DNA of 62,987 nt, filler included, from Stramenopiles sp. TOSAG23-2 (GCA_900128395.1; 16 parts of 16 records of this genome joined end to end with filler, not necessarily neighbours in it); one strand, 5' to 3'. Counted from the whole stretch's first letter, positions 35,341 to 47,270 are shown. Translations and numbers: made by a program. The notes: generated by a model not told the origin, from the letters alone.

Positions 35341-35911
35341 TTTATCTCATATATATACGTACGACTCGTATAAAATGTTCTCTTATATAAAATGTTCTCC
35401 TTATACTCATATATATTATATAAATTTCTTTTACTCCCATTCATTAACATCTCAAATCAAAAATGNNNNNNNNNNNNNNNNNNNNNNNNNNNNNNNNNNN
35501 NNNNNNNNNTTAATTAATTAANNNNNNNNNNNNNNNNNNNNNNNNNNNNNNNNNNNNNNNNNNNNTTTAAGTAAAAGAAATTAGTAGTGTTGTTGAAGTG
35601 TTAATATGGAAAGGAAAATTATAATCCATATATATATATTACAACATTATTTATAATGACAATATTCATATTGCTAGTATTCACGGATTAATTTATTCTT
35701 TTGAAAAATCATTGTTCTGGTAGTATACAATCCTAAATATTATAATTATAGATAAAATATATAAATTATACAACAAATTATACTATTTTTCAGATTGTGT
35801 AGGAGTTAGAACCTTATATACACACTAGTTGTGCTTTTTTAACTTTGTTTTGATTATTGTTTGTTTTATTCGTTTTTTTTCTTCTGGCGATTGAATATAA
35901 GGGTGTATAAA

Positions 35912-37921
35912 ATGTCATTGTTAGTTACTAATAGTGATTCAAGTGATGACAATAGTAATGATAGTAATAATAGTAATGATGAATATACATATTCAGATGA
36001 AGAATATCAATACGAATATGGAAGTGATGATGACTCAGATTATGATGGGTATGCACCATCTGCATTGAAACGTTTAAAATCAAATGATGATGATTTTAAT
36101 CATAATAATAGTAATAATAATAACTACAACAACAACAACAACAACAACAACAATAATAATAAAAAACAAGTAGTTCAATAAAAATGTTTGCTGATAAGAC
36201 TAAAGGAATATCAATAAAACCAACAATTGGACGGCAAGTGTCTTATGAAACATACGACGAGGAAGAAATGAAAGCTATTTTAAAGCTAATGACAAAAATG
36301 GCTATAGATCAAACTGGTCTTTTACAAAGCGACGCAGAATTATTATTGCAGACTTGTCAATATAATGTAACATCATTGTTGAAAGAATATTCACATTACA
36401 CGGATAAATTATGTAAAAAAGCTGGTGTTTTGCTAGATAAAGTTGGTGTGAATACTGATAAGAAGTTAGATTTATGCACGATATGTTACTGTGATAATAT
36501 ACCTGGAGATGAAACTGTAACATTAGGTTGTAAGCATTGGTTTTGTATAGATTGTTTCAAAGCACAGTAAGTAAGGAATACAATTGCATAAGCACATATC
36601 AAAAGTAGAAATATCCTTTCCTTGGCTAACATATTAATATATATATTTATATCACCCAATTCATATATATGGTATATCTTTATATACATGCATATGATTA
36701 TGCTGGTCCAAACAATAGTTTAAAAAATACAATTGGTAGCGGTTTCACTGCAATTTGTTCTGCTACTTGTCCAAAACAAGGATGCAATGTAAAAATTGGT
36801 AGAGATACATATGAAAGAGTATTATCAAAGAGGGAAGTGGAAATATATGAAAATGCATTGTATGATGATTTTATCAAACATGTTGAAGATGGAGAAGTTA
36901 TTCATTGTCCAAAACCTCGCTGCTGTCAAATTATTGTTGGGTCCATTCGTAAACGGACTGTTGTATGTGCAAATGGACATCGTTTTTGTTATAAATGTAA
37001 AGGTCCACCACACACTCCAGTTAGTTGTGGAGATACAAAAAAATGGGAAGCTTTATGTGCCAAAGCTGGTGGAGAAGAGAATGTAGATACGTTAAAACAA
37101 CTGGCAAATAATGACATAAAACCTTGTCCAAATCCAAAGTGTAATGTCGCAACACAAAAAATTAGTGGTTGCATGTACTTACATTGTTCTTCATGCAAGT
37201 GCAATTGGTGTTGGCAATGTGGACAATGGGGTGGAAAAGCAGTAGATCGACCAGAACCACATCATGTTCATCAATGTAACCAGCCGAAAAATGAAAACTG
37301 GCGTAAGTTTATCACTTTTTTTAATTTTATATCACTGTACTATTTTTAAAATTATATCAAACTCTAACAACATTTATACAATATACCGTATATATATAAT
37401 ATTTATCAATATACATAGTTGCTGGGGCATATAATCTTTTAGAAGTTAGCGAACGTTTTATTTGGTATTGTGAACGAAAAAATAATCATACAAAATCGAA
37501 AAAATTAGCAATTGAAAACTTGGCTAAAGTACAGGATAAGTTAACGTTAGAAACTATATTATCACTTAATAAAACATACACAGAGGTTGAAGCTGGAAAC
37601 ATAAGACAAATTATAATATTTGCTCTTGAAACAGTGATTGACGTCCGCATAGTTTTAGGATGGAGTTATACCTATGCCTTTTTTATTAAAGAAGATGGAC
37701 CTAGGAATTTATTTGAACATAGTCAAAAACTTGTAGAAGAAATTGCAGAAAAATTAACACTTAAATCGGAGCAATCTTTGGCTAAGCTTATTGTGCCAGC
37801 AGAATTAAATGAATTGCAACATTTAGCTAATGCCGTTTTAAATCAAGTCCAAGAATTTGAGATGTATGATAACAATAATAATAACATGGTTGAAAATACT
37901 CAAACGAAAAAGAAGGGTTAA
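35912..37921 (+). CDS. ARIH1: Ariadne-family RBR E3 ubiquitin ligase (3 exons; apparent 1-nt frameshift near 36165)
   Basis: Acidic N-terminus, RING1 (CTICYC..LGCKHWFCIDC), IBR, RING2 (KPCPNPKC..KISGCMYLHC), Ariadne domain (LGWSYTYAFF, LFEHSQ). Introns 36567-36718 and 37303-37418 join the exons in frame. Confidence 0.88.
36567..36718 (+). other. Spliceosomal intron 1 of the Ariadne gene
   Basis: GTAAGT donor, GCTAAC branch-like motif, TAG acceptor. Splicing gives CFKAH-LKNTIG. Confidence 0.85.
37303..37418 (+). other. Spliceosomal intron 2 of the Ariadne gene
   Basis: GTAAGT donor, TCTAAC branch-like motif, TAG acceptor. Splicing gives ENWL-AGAYNLLEVSERFIWYCER. Confidence 0.85.
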
Positions 37922-38312
37922 AAATCTCTCTGTTTTAGTTTATCTTGTTTATTTATTTAAAAGAGAAGGTTGGTGCATTTGCCGTATGATGATACGAAAA
38001 TAATACGCACACATAAATGCATGTATATGTGTTTTTCTCTAAATGCATGTATATATAATTTTTAAACATCATATACTTCGTATATATAATAATATATAAT
38101 TTATCGTATATATTTTAAAATCTACCCACACGCTCTTTGGTCACATCATATATATAATTTATCATTAAATTATACGAACTCGTATACTTTCGTAAAAAAT
38201 ACCATTCAATATTTTTAAAAATACTGTTTTTATTTTTTTGTCACCATTTGTTGTATGATATCATATTAAAAAATATCATACAATTATTATTTTCTTTCCT
38301 CTAAAATGTTTT

Positions 38313-39401
38313 TTATATGTTCGTATTATCTATTATATCAACGTCTTCTCCAGTATTATCATTATCAGGCCATAATACATCATCAGGTGGGATCAATCCA
38401 GTTTTTGGTAAATAACAGTAAGAAGATGATTTTTTTTTATTACTTTTCTTTTCACTACGTCGTTTAAAAGTGATTGGTAATGTCATTGATGCATATGGCC
38501 CACCAATTTTTGTTTTATTATCATTATATGAAAAAAATTCAGATACATAAATTTTTCCTTTCAACGTGTTATGATTTGTATTATATTTTCCATCATCACT
38601 AATAGATTTAGTTTCTACTACCCCACCATTTTCCATTATATTTACATTATCTATATGAACTTGTTTGCTATTATTATTAGTAGCAATAGTAGTAGTAGTA
38701 GTAGTAGTAGTAGTAATAGTGGCATTGCCATTGTCATCATCATTACTTGACGTATCTTTATTACAATTTAGTAATTTATTTAATAATTCTCCATGTCGTT
38801 TCGTAATCATAATGGCAGGTATTTTAATTTCATCATCAATGTATGATTTTCCTCGAGCCATTGCGTGTATTGTAGGACCATCTTCATAATTTACTACAAT
38901 CATAGCAATGCCACCAGCTTTTTGTACAAATCGACATTTATCAATAAAATCAATCTCTTTACATCTATTAACAAGGACAATAGAATTTTTAATTTCATCT
39001 ATATTATTTTCTAATGTTCGACATGCATTGCTTGGTTTTGCCCATATTATATGACCTTGAATACAATGATTTTCTAATGGTAAAATTGAACTAAATCCTG
39101 CACAACATGATTTATAATATATCTCTGGTAAATTTTGTTTCGTTTTTTCATTTTCATATATATTTTTTATATGACTGTTATTAATATTTTTTTCTTGTTG
39201 TTTATCATCATCAAAGGCAAGTTCAAAAATAGATGTTTCCAATGAAACTGTATCAACACAATCAAAATGCAAATGTGGTCCGCTGGAATATCCTGTATTG
39301 CCACTATAACCAATAATTTGACCTTCCATAACATGATCTCCTGCTTTCACTACAACACCATCATATTTTAAGTGATAATACCGTGAATATGTATTATCAA
39401 T
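38313..39401 (-). CDS. M23-family metallopeptidase with PA domain, 5'-partial
   Basis: YSRYYHLKYDGVVVKAGDHVMEGQIIGYSGNTGYSSGPHLHF (M23 HxH), followed by PA motifs PSNAC, SIVLVNR, FIDKCRFVQKAGGIAMIVVN, IPAIMITKRHGELL. Confidence 0.88.
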   Translation of the reverse strand: MDNTYSRYYHLKYDGVVVKAGDHVMEGQIIGYSGNTGYSSGPHLHFDCVDTVSLETSIFELAFDDDKQQEKNINNSHIKNIYENEKTKQNLPEIYYKSCCAGFSSILPLENHCIQGHIIWAKPSNACRTLENNIDEIKNSIVLVNRCKEIDFIDKCRFVQKAGGIAMIVVNYEDGPTIHAMARGKSYIDDEIKIPAIMITKRHGELLNKLLNCNKDTSSNDDDNGNATITTTTTTTTTIATNNNSKQVHIDNVNIMENGGVVETKSISDDGKYNTNHNTLKGKIYVSEFFSYNDNKTKIGGPYASMTLPITFKRRSEKKSNKKKSSSYCYLPKTGLIPPDDVLWPDNDNTGEDVDIIDNTNI

Positions 39402-39887
39402 ATNNNNNNNNNNNNNNNNNNNNNNNNNNNNNNNNNNNNNNNNNNNNTTAATTAATTAANNNNNNNNNNNNNNNNNNNNNNNNNNNNNNNNNNNNNNNNN
39501 NNNTTTGGTATCTTAGGTTGGGTTTTGTTTGTAATTGTTGTATCGACATAAAATAGAATATATACGTATATATATATAATATATACGTCGTACGAAGTAT
39601 AGATTTGGAAATAGCTCGCGAGAGAAGAACATTTGGATTGTTGTACGCGCGTACAAAAGTGTTTTACCAGAGTGTATACGAGTTCGTAATTCGTATTAAT
39701 TTATCATAGATATTTTTAAATATTTTTTTATAAATATTTATAATATCATTATCATAAAATTAAATATTTAAAATATATTTAAAACATGTATAATACTGAC
39801 TCCGTCTATTTTATACGAATACGACTGTACGAAGTTCGTATCATACTTTGGTATATCATACGAATATAAAATAAAATAAAAATATGA

Positions 39888-40089
39888 TAGATATTTTTTA
39901 CCGAAAACACTCTTTTCTGTACATACACACACGTTCAAAATATCAAAAATATTACGAAGTCACACAATATATTGATTCAAAAACGTATAGATATTTTTTA
40001 CCGAAAACACTCTTTTCTGTACATACACACACGTTCAAAATATCAAAAATATTACGAAGTCACACAATATATTGATTCAAAAACGTATC
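39888..40089. repeat. ~100-bp near-exact tandem duplication
   Basis: TAGATATTTTTTACCGAAAACACTC...CAAAAACGTAT occurs twice. Confidence 0.92.
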
Positions 40090-40128
40090 ATAATCAATTT
40101 TATAGATTCCAACACAAACTTTAACTCG

Positions 40129-40617
40129 TTATAAATCTGTATGTTGCACAACAGGAGCATTGTATGGTTTATCACTGTTTCCACCTTGTTGTTGATCTGG
40201 TCCTGTTTGACTACCCTGTTGTGGAGCACCTTGTTGGTTTGGATTCCATTGTTTTGCAACTGGTAAGTTGGCTCCATTAAATGGCACGTCTAAAGACCCC
40301 TCGCCTTTGGTGTAAAGCTGATACCATACGAACATGAAAAATATTTTCACAAGTATATTTATAACAATAAATATTGTTGCAAATGTTAAATATGAATTAC
40401 CACCAACATTTGCCACAACAATAATATCGAGTATAGTGCCAAATATATGATACAATACAAATGGAAACATCATTTTGTAATTGTCTTTTTGAACTGCAAA
40501 TATCCCAAAAAAACATATTGCCAATGTCCAAGTATGGGTGCCTCCTGCATAGGCAACCATAGATATGAATGCCATTAAGCAACATAATTTTTCAAATATA
40601 TCAACCGTCACTTGCAT
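40129..40617 (-). CDS. Small multi-pass membrane protein, AGTRAP-like
   Basis: About 4 TM helices with ILDII and INILVK motifs, and a Gln/Pro-rich tail. Confidence 0.75.
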   Translation of the reverse strand: MQVTVDIFEKLCCLMAFISMVAYAGGTHTWTLAICFFGIFAVQKDNYKMMFPFVLYHIFGTILDIIVVANVGGNSYLTFATIFIVINILVKIFFMFVWYQLYTKGEGSLDVPFNGANLPVAKQWNPNQQGAPQQGSQTGPDQQQGGNSDKPYNAPVVQHTDL

Positions 40618-40979
40618 GTTTATATTTTTTATCTCAATAAAAACAAAAAAAATGAAAATTAAATTTATTAATTATCGTACTAGCTATCAATTTGTCCACA
40701 AGCACACAAACACAAACGCACACTTTCTTTTTTCTATATATAATAAGTCTACCTCTACATTCACAAATTCAAAAATACATATATAGAGTAATTATTTATT
40801 TTATATAAATCTCAAAAAAAGTATTATTTTATTATTGGCACAATTTGCCAAATCATCATCAGAAGAAGTACAGTAAGTATGATTTTAAGAGTACTAAAAA
40901 AGACAATAATATCCTATTAAAATAGTTCTAAATTATTAATTTGGTTTGATGGTTTTTTTGAGACATTTTTCTCTCTGTT

Positions 40980-41231
40980 TTAAATTCTGAGTTTCTGTAA
41001 ATCTTGCCCTCCTCCTTTCTCTTGATGAACATTCTCTTCTCTGACAACTTTTTTGCCTGAATCGTTTTGGATATCAGATCGTCTATTGTCATTATCTTTG
41101 CCTTCCTGGGATACACTCGTTGTGTTCGGAGTATTAGCATTCGAAGTATCTTGTGGTGGCATTTGGATATTTATCTGCTGTAAATCTTGCCCTCCTCCTT
41201 TCTCTTGCGAAACAGTGGAATTACCGCTCAT
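40980..41231 (-). CDS. Small hydrophilic hypothetical protein or gene fragment
   Basis: 83-aa ATG ORF with a repeated QEKGGGQDLQ motif. Confidence 0.4.
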   Translation of the reverse strand: MSGNSTVSQEKGGGQDLQQINIQMPPQDTSNANTPNTTSVSQEGKDNDNRRSDIQNDSGKKVVREENVHQEKGGGQDLQKLRI

Positions 41232-42083
41232 ACTTTATTCGTTACGTCGGACCACCAGTTAATGGAACGAAATGTTAGCAGAATGCAATGAATAATTATT
41301 TTATAAAGCGCTATTTTATTAGTAATATTATTGTTCACATCAACGTCAGGTCAAATTAAATGCTCTCTTTCTTCTTTGTAGGTATGGCAATATTGTTGAT
41401 TTGGTAGATATATATATTGAGTACAGTATTGAGTTTTGAGTATATATTAAGATATATATTACTTGGATCTTGGATCTTGGATTATTATTTTATACCATAA
41501 TGCTAATTCGATGCTATTATTAATGTATTTTTACTTGAGAACTATAACCACAGTAGCTACAGCTTGTTTTTTATTGTGATTTGTGATACCGGTGGTTAAG
41601 ACTAATCTACTATTACTATATGAGTGCTATTACGGCTATTGATGAAATAAAATGTACCAGGTTAAGGTAAAATCACATTTACATTTAATTTACATTTACA
41701 TTGTTATAGGTAATATTTTTTGTCATTGTGTGCAAATTTCAGTAGGGAATATATCATAATAATTAATATTGTAATAGTAAGGATAAAAATAATTGCTCAG
41801 TTACCTAAAAAATGAATGAGCACATGATGTGGCGAGACGATAACACGATGATAACGTAAACGACTCAAAAAAGAAAAAAAGGCCACCATCATCAGATCTT
41901 AATCTAGATCAATCATAAACACCACAAAAAAATTATATTCATCACAAAAAATCACAAGTTAAAGTTATTATTGAAATAATACTAACTGCACAACAACTGG
42001 AAATTATATATACATACATATATACATAGACATATATACATAGACATATATATACATATATATTGCTGATCCAAGTGTTAACG

Positions 42084-42938
42084 ATGAGTGTACGTATTTA
42101 TTTATTTATAATTTTAATAAGTGTTTCACCTTTTTCAAGTGCAAGTCAAATTGCTTGTGTACTTGAACACTGTGGAGTTGCTTTGGCCAAATGTGAAGCT
42201 GATACTATTTGTAGAACATGGTCAAACTGCAACAGGGCATGTAGCTCTATTAAAGACCCTGTAAAGGCAACAGCGTGTCAGATCCGATGTGGCGATTTGT
42301 ACAAACCTACAAACTCATCCGGTGCAAAAATCGATGAGTTCAGCGAATGTGTAATTTCAGAACATCATTGTGTAAAACAAACGAAGACGAACTGCCCAAA
42401 ACCAGCAATGTCAGTGTTGGATTCAAAGTTTAACTTAAAAACAGATTTGACCGGTGTTTGGTACATTACCAGAGGCCTAAATTCCCTTTTTGATTGTTTT
42501 GATTGCCAAGTTCATAACTTTTCATATAATCCTGAAGTAGAACCTTATACAAAACCTTTACATGGTGATTTGAAGTACAATGTTAAAGTGAACTTGAACT
42601 GTACGGGTGATGACTGCAAATATTTGCCAAGAGAAGTGTTTCAAAGTTTTTCACAAGACACTCAAAATCCTGGCCATTTAATGAATTACAACAATACATT
42701 AGCTGAAATGCATTATAGCGATGATTGGTATGTGTTATATGCATCTGAAAACAATGTTCTTATTTATTATTGCGGGTGCAACGATGCAATGTGTGGGTAT
42801 GGTGGAAGTGTTTTATACTCTCGGACTCCAAAACTGCAAATGAAAGAGGTACCTTTGATTCGTAAAGCTATTGAAGATGCAAAGATTCAAGGGTTTATGT
42901 TTGATGAACTTTGTATTCCGCAAAATACATTTTGTTAA
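42084..42938 (+). CDS. Violaxanthin de-epoxidase family (VDE/VDL-like) lipocalin with signal peptide
   Basis: Cys-rich domain (ACQIRCGDLY, DEFSECVISEHHCV) and lipocalin motifs GVWYITRGLNSLFDCFDCQVHNF, MHYSDDWYVL, IYYCGCNDAMCGYGGSVLYSR. ATG at 42084 begins a hydrophobic signal peptide. Confidence 0.92.
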   Translation: MSVRIYLFIILISVSPFSSASQIACVLEHCGVALAKCEADTICRTWSNCNRACSSIKDPVKATACQIRCGDLYKPTNSSGAKIDEFSECVISEHHCVKQTKTNCPKPAMSVLDSKFNLKTDLTGVWYITRGLNSLFDCFDCQVHNFSYNPEVEPYTKPLHGDLKYNVKVNLNCTGDDCKYLPREVFQSFSQDTQNPGHLMNYNNTLAEMHYSDDWYVLYASENNVLIYYCGCNDAMCGYGGSVLYSRTPKLQMKEVPLIRKAIEDAKIQGFMFDELCIPQNTFC

Positions 42939-43148
42939 AAAAAGAAGAGAGGGACATTAAAATAAATACGTATACCGAGTCGTAAAAAATTTTACGGACG
43001 TTCTCGTCAAAGATTCAAGGGTTTATGTTTGATGAACTTTGTATTCCGCAAAATACATTTTGCTAAAAAAAGAAGAGGGACATTAAAATAATACGAGTAC
43101 ACGCGTACGTATTACCGACCGAGTCGTAAAAATTTTTACGGACGTTCT
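42880..43148. repeat. Imperfect tandem duplication of the VDE-like gene 3' end
   Basis: CAAAGATTCAAGGGTTTATG... at 42880 and 43008, with SNPs and indels. Confidence 0.88.
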
Positions 43149-44325
43149 AAAAAAATATAATACGAACCGTATTTATTATTTTAAAATATTTATTTTTAAA
43201 AATTAGCACCATTACGAACCTCGTATACTTCAATACACACATGTGTACATGTAATATATATATATATACCCGACGTCCAGCGCGTTCAACGATTACGCAC
43301 GGAAGGATAGAAACCTACTTGTGCTTGTAGAGTATTAGTNNNNNNNNNNNNNNNNNNNNNNNNNNNNNNNNNNNNNNNNNNNNTTAATTAATTAANNNNN
43401 NNNNNNNNNNNNNNNNNNNNNNNNNNNNNNNNNNNNNNNTGTTTATTCTATATATCTGGTTTGTTTATGTATATGTATATGGAGAAGATTATGTATGTGT
43501 ATGTATGTGTGTATGTATGACAAAATGGTTTATATATTTTGTTTTTTTAGGGGAGTTATTAGATTTTTTGTTATTACGTGCAAGTTAAAGTTGTTGTATG
43601 TTGTTGTTGTGTTGTGAAGCTTGCAAATTAAAACGCGTTACTATGGATACCTGGTAAAGTAAATCTAGCTGTTGCCGCGAAAGGAAGAAAAAAACGCCAT
43701 GTGATCTGATATCTTATAGTAAAGGTTATATTTCCTAGACTATTAACTATTAACTACTTCTGGATGCTATTGTTATTGATATTTGAACTCAGATTTGCAC
43801 AAAAAAAAAAAAACACTGTCGTCAAGGGCAAGCGGGCAAGCAAGCTCTAGCTACCATAATAATAAGGCAAGCCAGCAAGCCCAGCAAGCTATATAAAGCT
43901 CTAAAAAAGCTGATATGGAAAGATGAAGATGAAAAGATGAAAAGCAAAAGCAACAAAAACTTTTATTTATATTCCCTTAATTTCATTTTCTTGCACATGG
44001 TTTACTACACTTTCAGTACAAAGATATAGGAGAGAGTTTTGTAATACTCGTAATTCTACAGTATTTGTACGTGCACTTACCAGAAAATTCCAGATTTCTT
44101 TTTTTTCATTTAGCTACTATTAGACCAGTAGAACTATATAACTATTATTCCAGTATTGGTATATGTATTTACAAAAACAAAAAACTCTGTAATAATAATA
44201 ATTGTATATCACTACACATATATACTTATATACATCAAATGTTGTTTCATCAATATTAATTTTTGCTTCTACTGTCTCAAACAATCATTACTATAGTAAT
44301 TGTTAAATCGCATGATTAATAAAGT

Positions 44326-45729
44326 ATGGCAAGTATAAAACCAGCAAATACTATATTGAATTCGAACGATAAACAACACGAAATTCGTAATAACGATATT
44401 GAATCACAACAACGTAATTCTTCCATTTTGAAAAATCATACGAAAGCAATAATATCGAAAAGTCAAAGTATAAAGAGATGGGATAGTGCATCGACAAGAA
44501 CACAAGAGAAAAAAATAGAAAATTTCTGGAAAATTTGTACATTTTTAATCGTTCTTTTACTATCGATTATCAAAGCATTATGGATTGGATCACGTGGAAA
44601 AATTTTAGTGGCAGGTACTCTATTCCCAATAGTTTGTTGGTTATTATTCATAATATGGGCCAGAGTACTAGTATTAAGAAGAGAAAAAGCGAAGAAATAT
44701 CTGTATATAACATACGGTTTGTATTACATTTTTAATTCTTGGGATGCATTGATAAATATTTGGATAAATTTTCAACCGGCAAACGCTTTATTTTGGTTTC
44801 TTGCAATGGTTCAGTACGTTGGCCTTCCTATTGTTATTGTTTTGATTGTTCAAATAAAAATGATTCTTCTTGATATTTTACGTTATATGCATAAGAAAAG
44901 AAAAATTTATGATTTATCTACACAAATGAGTGCCAGATTTTTCAGTGCATTACCAATTGTTGCAATAATTGCTTCCGAAATGTTCACATTAGAGATATTT
45001 CGGATAAAATTTTATAAAGATTTGTGTAGATTAATTCCCGGTGCATACGAAATTGACCCAAGAATATTGCCTTCAACTGAATTAGACAGTTTTTCCAATT
45101 GTACACTTGATGAAAATACTGGAGAAAATAAATTAAATAAATATTACCCAGATGAACTGAATGGAGATACCTTAGAATTGATGTCAGCAATAGAGGTTTA
45201 TATAACCAACGGGCCACAAACATTATTTCTTATGACACAAGCAGTTGAACCTATTTTTTTGGTGGTAACAAATGAAATCCTACTTCGAATATGTGCTATA
45301 TCAGTAAGCGATATTTTAGCAATGCGGGTGTCTTTTTGGGAAAGTATTGTTGGTATTTTATCGTTTATATGTGTATTATTTGAAATAGTTGGTGGGCGTT
45401 TAAACATTGAACCATTTGAATCGCCAGCAGAATATTTAGATATTGTTAATTATTTGCTTTTCATTTTAGGTATTTTTGCGGTATTTCGATTTGCAGCTGT
45501 AGGAATTTTAGTCCAAATTGGTAGGCAGGTAGTTGCAATTGAATCAAGAGGACCATTTAAAGTGGAAGAATATATTGGCAGTAACCATCGACAAATTAGA
45601 TTTATTGATAATAATGGAAATCAAGAAGATACTGAAGAAAAATTCATGAAAATATCTTTATCTGTTTTGCAGATATTACAACGTCGTCAAAGGCATGCCA
45701 AGCGTGAAGAGTTATCGGATCTTGATTAA
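44326..45729 (+). CDS. Multi-pass membrane protein of unknown function
   Basis: 467-aa ORF with about 8 hydrophobic helices and a loop containing a Cys pair. Confidence 0.8.
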   Translation: MASIKPANTILNSNDKQHEIRNNDIESQQRNSSILKNHTKAIISKSQSIKRWDSASTRTQEKKIENFWKICTFLIVLLLSIIKALWIGSRGKILVAGTLFPIVCWLLFIIWARVLVLRREKAKKYLYITYGLYYIFNSWDALINIWINFQPANALFWFLAMVQYVGLPIVIVLIVQIKMILLDILRYMHKKRKIYDLSTQMSARFFSALPIVAIIASEMFTLEIFRIKFYKDLCRLIPGAYEIDPRILPSTELDSFSNCTLDENTGENKLNKYYPDELNGDTLELMSAIEVYITNGPQTLFLMTQAVEPIFLVVTNEILLRICAISVSDILAMRVSFWESIVGILSFICVLFEIVGGRLNIEPFESPAEYLDIVNYLLFILGIFAVFRFAAVGILVQIGRQVVAIESRGPFKVEEYIGSNHRQIRFIDNNGNQEDTEEKFMKISLSVLQILQRRQRHAKREELSDLD

Positions 45730-46203
45730 TTTTTAATATATAATCCTGCCGATCTTTTTGGAATTACAACAATAAGAACAAACAACTATAGCAATCACAA
45801 TTATTACAATAACTATTTTTAAACATAATAACCCATTGTGCTATTACAAATACTGCAGCAAACCTACTATTAATAGCAAAAAAAAGTCGTCAGTCTACTA
45901 ATTTTCTAGTATACTAACAATTTCTTCTTCTTGCAAAATAAATTGATCTTCGCCGATTATTATTTAGCTGGTTAGATTTCAGATTTTTTTGCTCTATTAG
46001 GGTTTCTTTTTTTACGATGGTATTCTAATTTTCCCTCCAAGTACAGTTGATAGGATGATGAATCAATAAAATAATTAAAAATCACCACAACTAGAACACT
46101 TTATATTTACAACTAATAGAAATAGAAAAACATTTGTATATACAAGATAGAAAAAGGTAGATCTACCATACATATACATATCGATAAAACCACAATCGTC
46201 ACC

Positions 46204-46566
46204 ATGCCACAAGGAAAAAAATTAAGAAAAAACAGCTTAGCGCGAAAGAAGCGCAATCAGCCGTATAAAAAGCGTGGGAAGAAAGCGAAACAAGTGCGTG
46301 TAGTTGGTGCGAAAGATGGCATGGCAAAACGTAATGCGAAATTTAGTAAATTTAAAAATAAAAAAGTAACTGGAAAAATTAATTTAAATATTGAATCCAT
46401 CATGGCTGCAAAAGTTTTGCGCAATAGAGGTGGGCTTAGAATGGGTGATTTAAAAGCATTAGGTAGAATGACTGATGCAAGATTGAAAGAAATACAAAAA
46501 GTAAAAGATTCTAAAAAACGAATTAAACCAGCAAAACCAGAAAAAGTTTATGTCCCAAGAATATAA
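46204..46566 (+). CDS. Small basic protein, UPF0390/DUF2462 (C19orf53)-like
   Basis: MPQGKK start and KKVTGKINLNIESIMAAK motif. Lys/Arg-rich. Confidence 0.7.
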   Translation: MPQGKKLRKNSLARKKRNQPYKKRGKKAKQVRVVGAKDGMAKRNAKFSKFKNKKVTGKINLNIESIMAAKVLRNRGGLRMGDLKALGRMTDARLKEIQKVKDSKKRIKPAKPEKVYVPRI

Positions 46567-47180
46567 ATTAAAACATGTGTGTGTGCGTCTCGTCTATTTG
46601 AAAGAGAGAGAGTAGAAACGCGCACGTTTTGTAAAAAAAGAGAATTTGTGTGTATAAAAAATGTAAATTAATGTATAATTAAAAATGCTGTAAAAAATAC
46701 AAATATATATATAAATGGTGTGACATGTGTGTATGTACGCGCATATTTTTTTTCTCATTATTTCTTTTCATCTCCAAGAAATTTTTTTTTCATTTCAACA
46801 TTTTTCTTTTGGATGTTTTATTATTATCAACATACGATAATGATGATGCTTCATGAATAATGCTTCTCACTCGTACTTGCTTTGATGGAGTCCATGATCT
46901 AGTAATTCTGTATATATATAAGAGGTATATATATCATAATATTACATAAACCCTACGTCGTATAAATATATATCTCAATAAAATTACACACACAAGCAAA
47001 AAAGGAAAATATTTTTACACAGCAGTATTACGGCTTCGTACTTTTTTTATCTATTGTGAACTATCTTACTACTCAACTCATAAAAAAAGAACCAAAAACA
47101 ATCTTCTTCTTCTTCTTGTGTTAACAAACAACGTGTTTTTACAAAACAAACAAAAAAAAAAATAATTAGATATTATTCAA

Positions 47181-47270
47181 TCAATTTTGACCTGGACCTT
47201 TATAACCTAATGGTTTGCCTCTATATGCTGATTTTTTCACGGACCAACCTTTTTGCAAGGCAAATTGTAA
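47181..47270 (-). CDS. 3' end of an unknown gene
   Basis: LQFALQKGWSVKKSAYRGKPLGYKGPGQN* from the contig edge, followed by UTR-like sequence. Confidence 0.45.
   Translation of the reverse strand, partial: LQFALQKGWSVKKSAYRGKPLGYKGPGQN

Noticed and set aside
34386-35450. 354-aa antisense ORF in the ABC transporter
   Set aside because: Mirror-frame artefact of codon bias, with no recognisable motifs.
38313-39401. Bacterial contamination as the source of the M23 gene
   Set aside because: Same contig as an intron-bearing eukaryotic gene, with host-like composition and low-complexity inserts.
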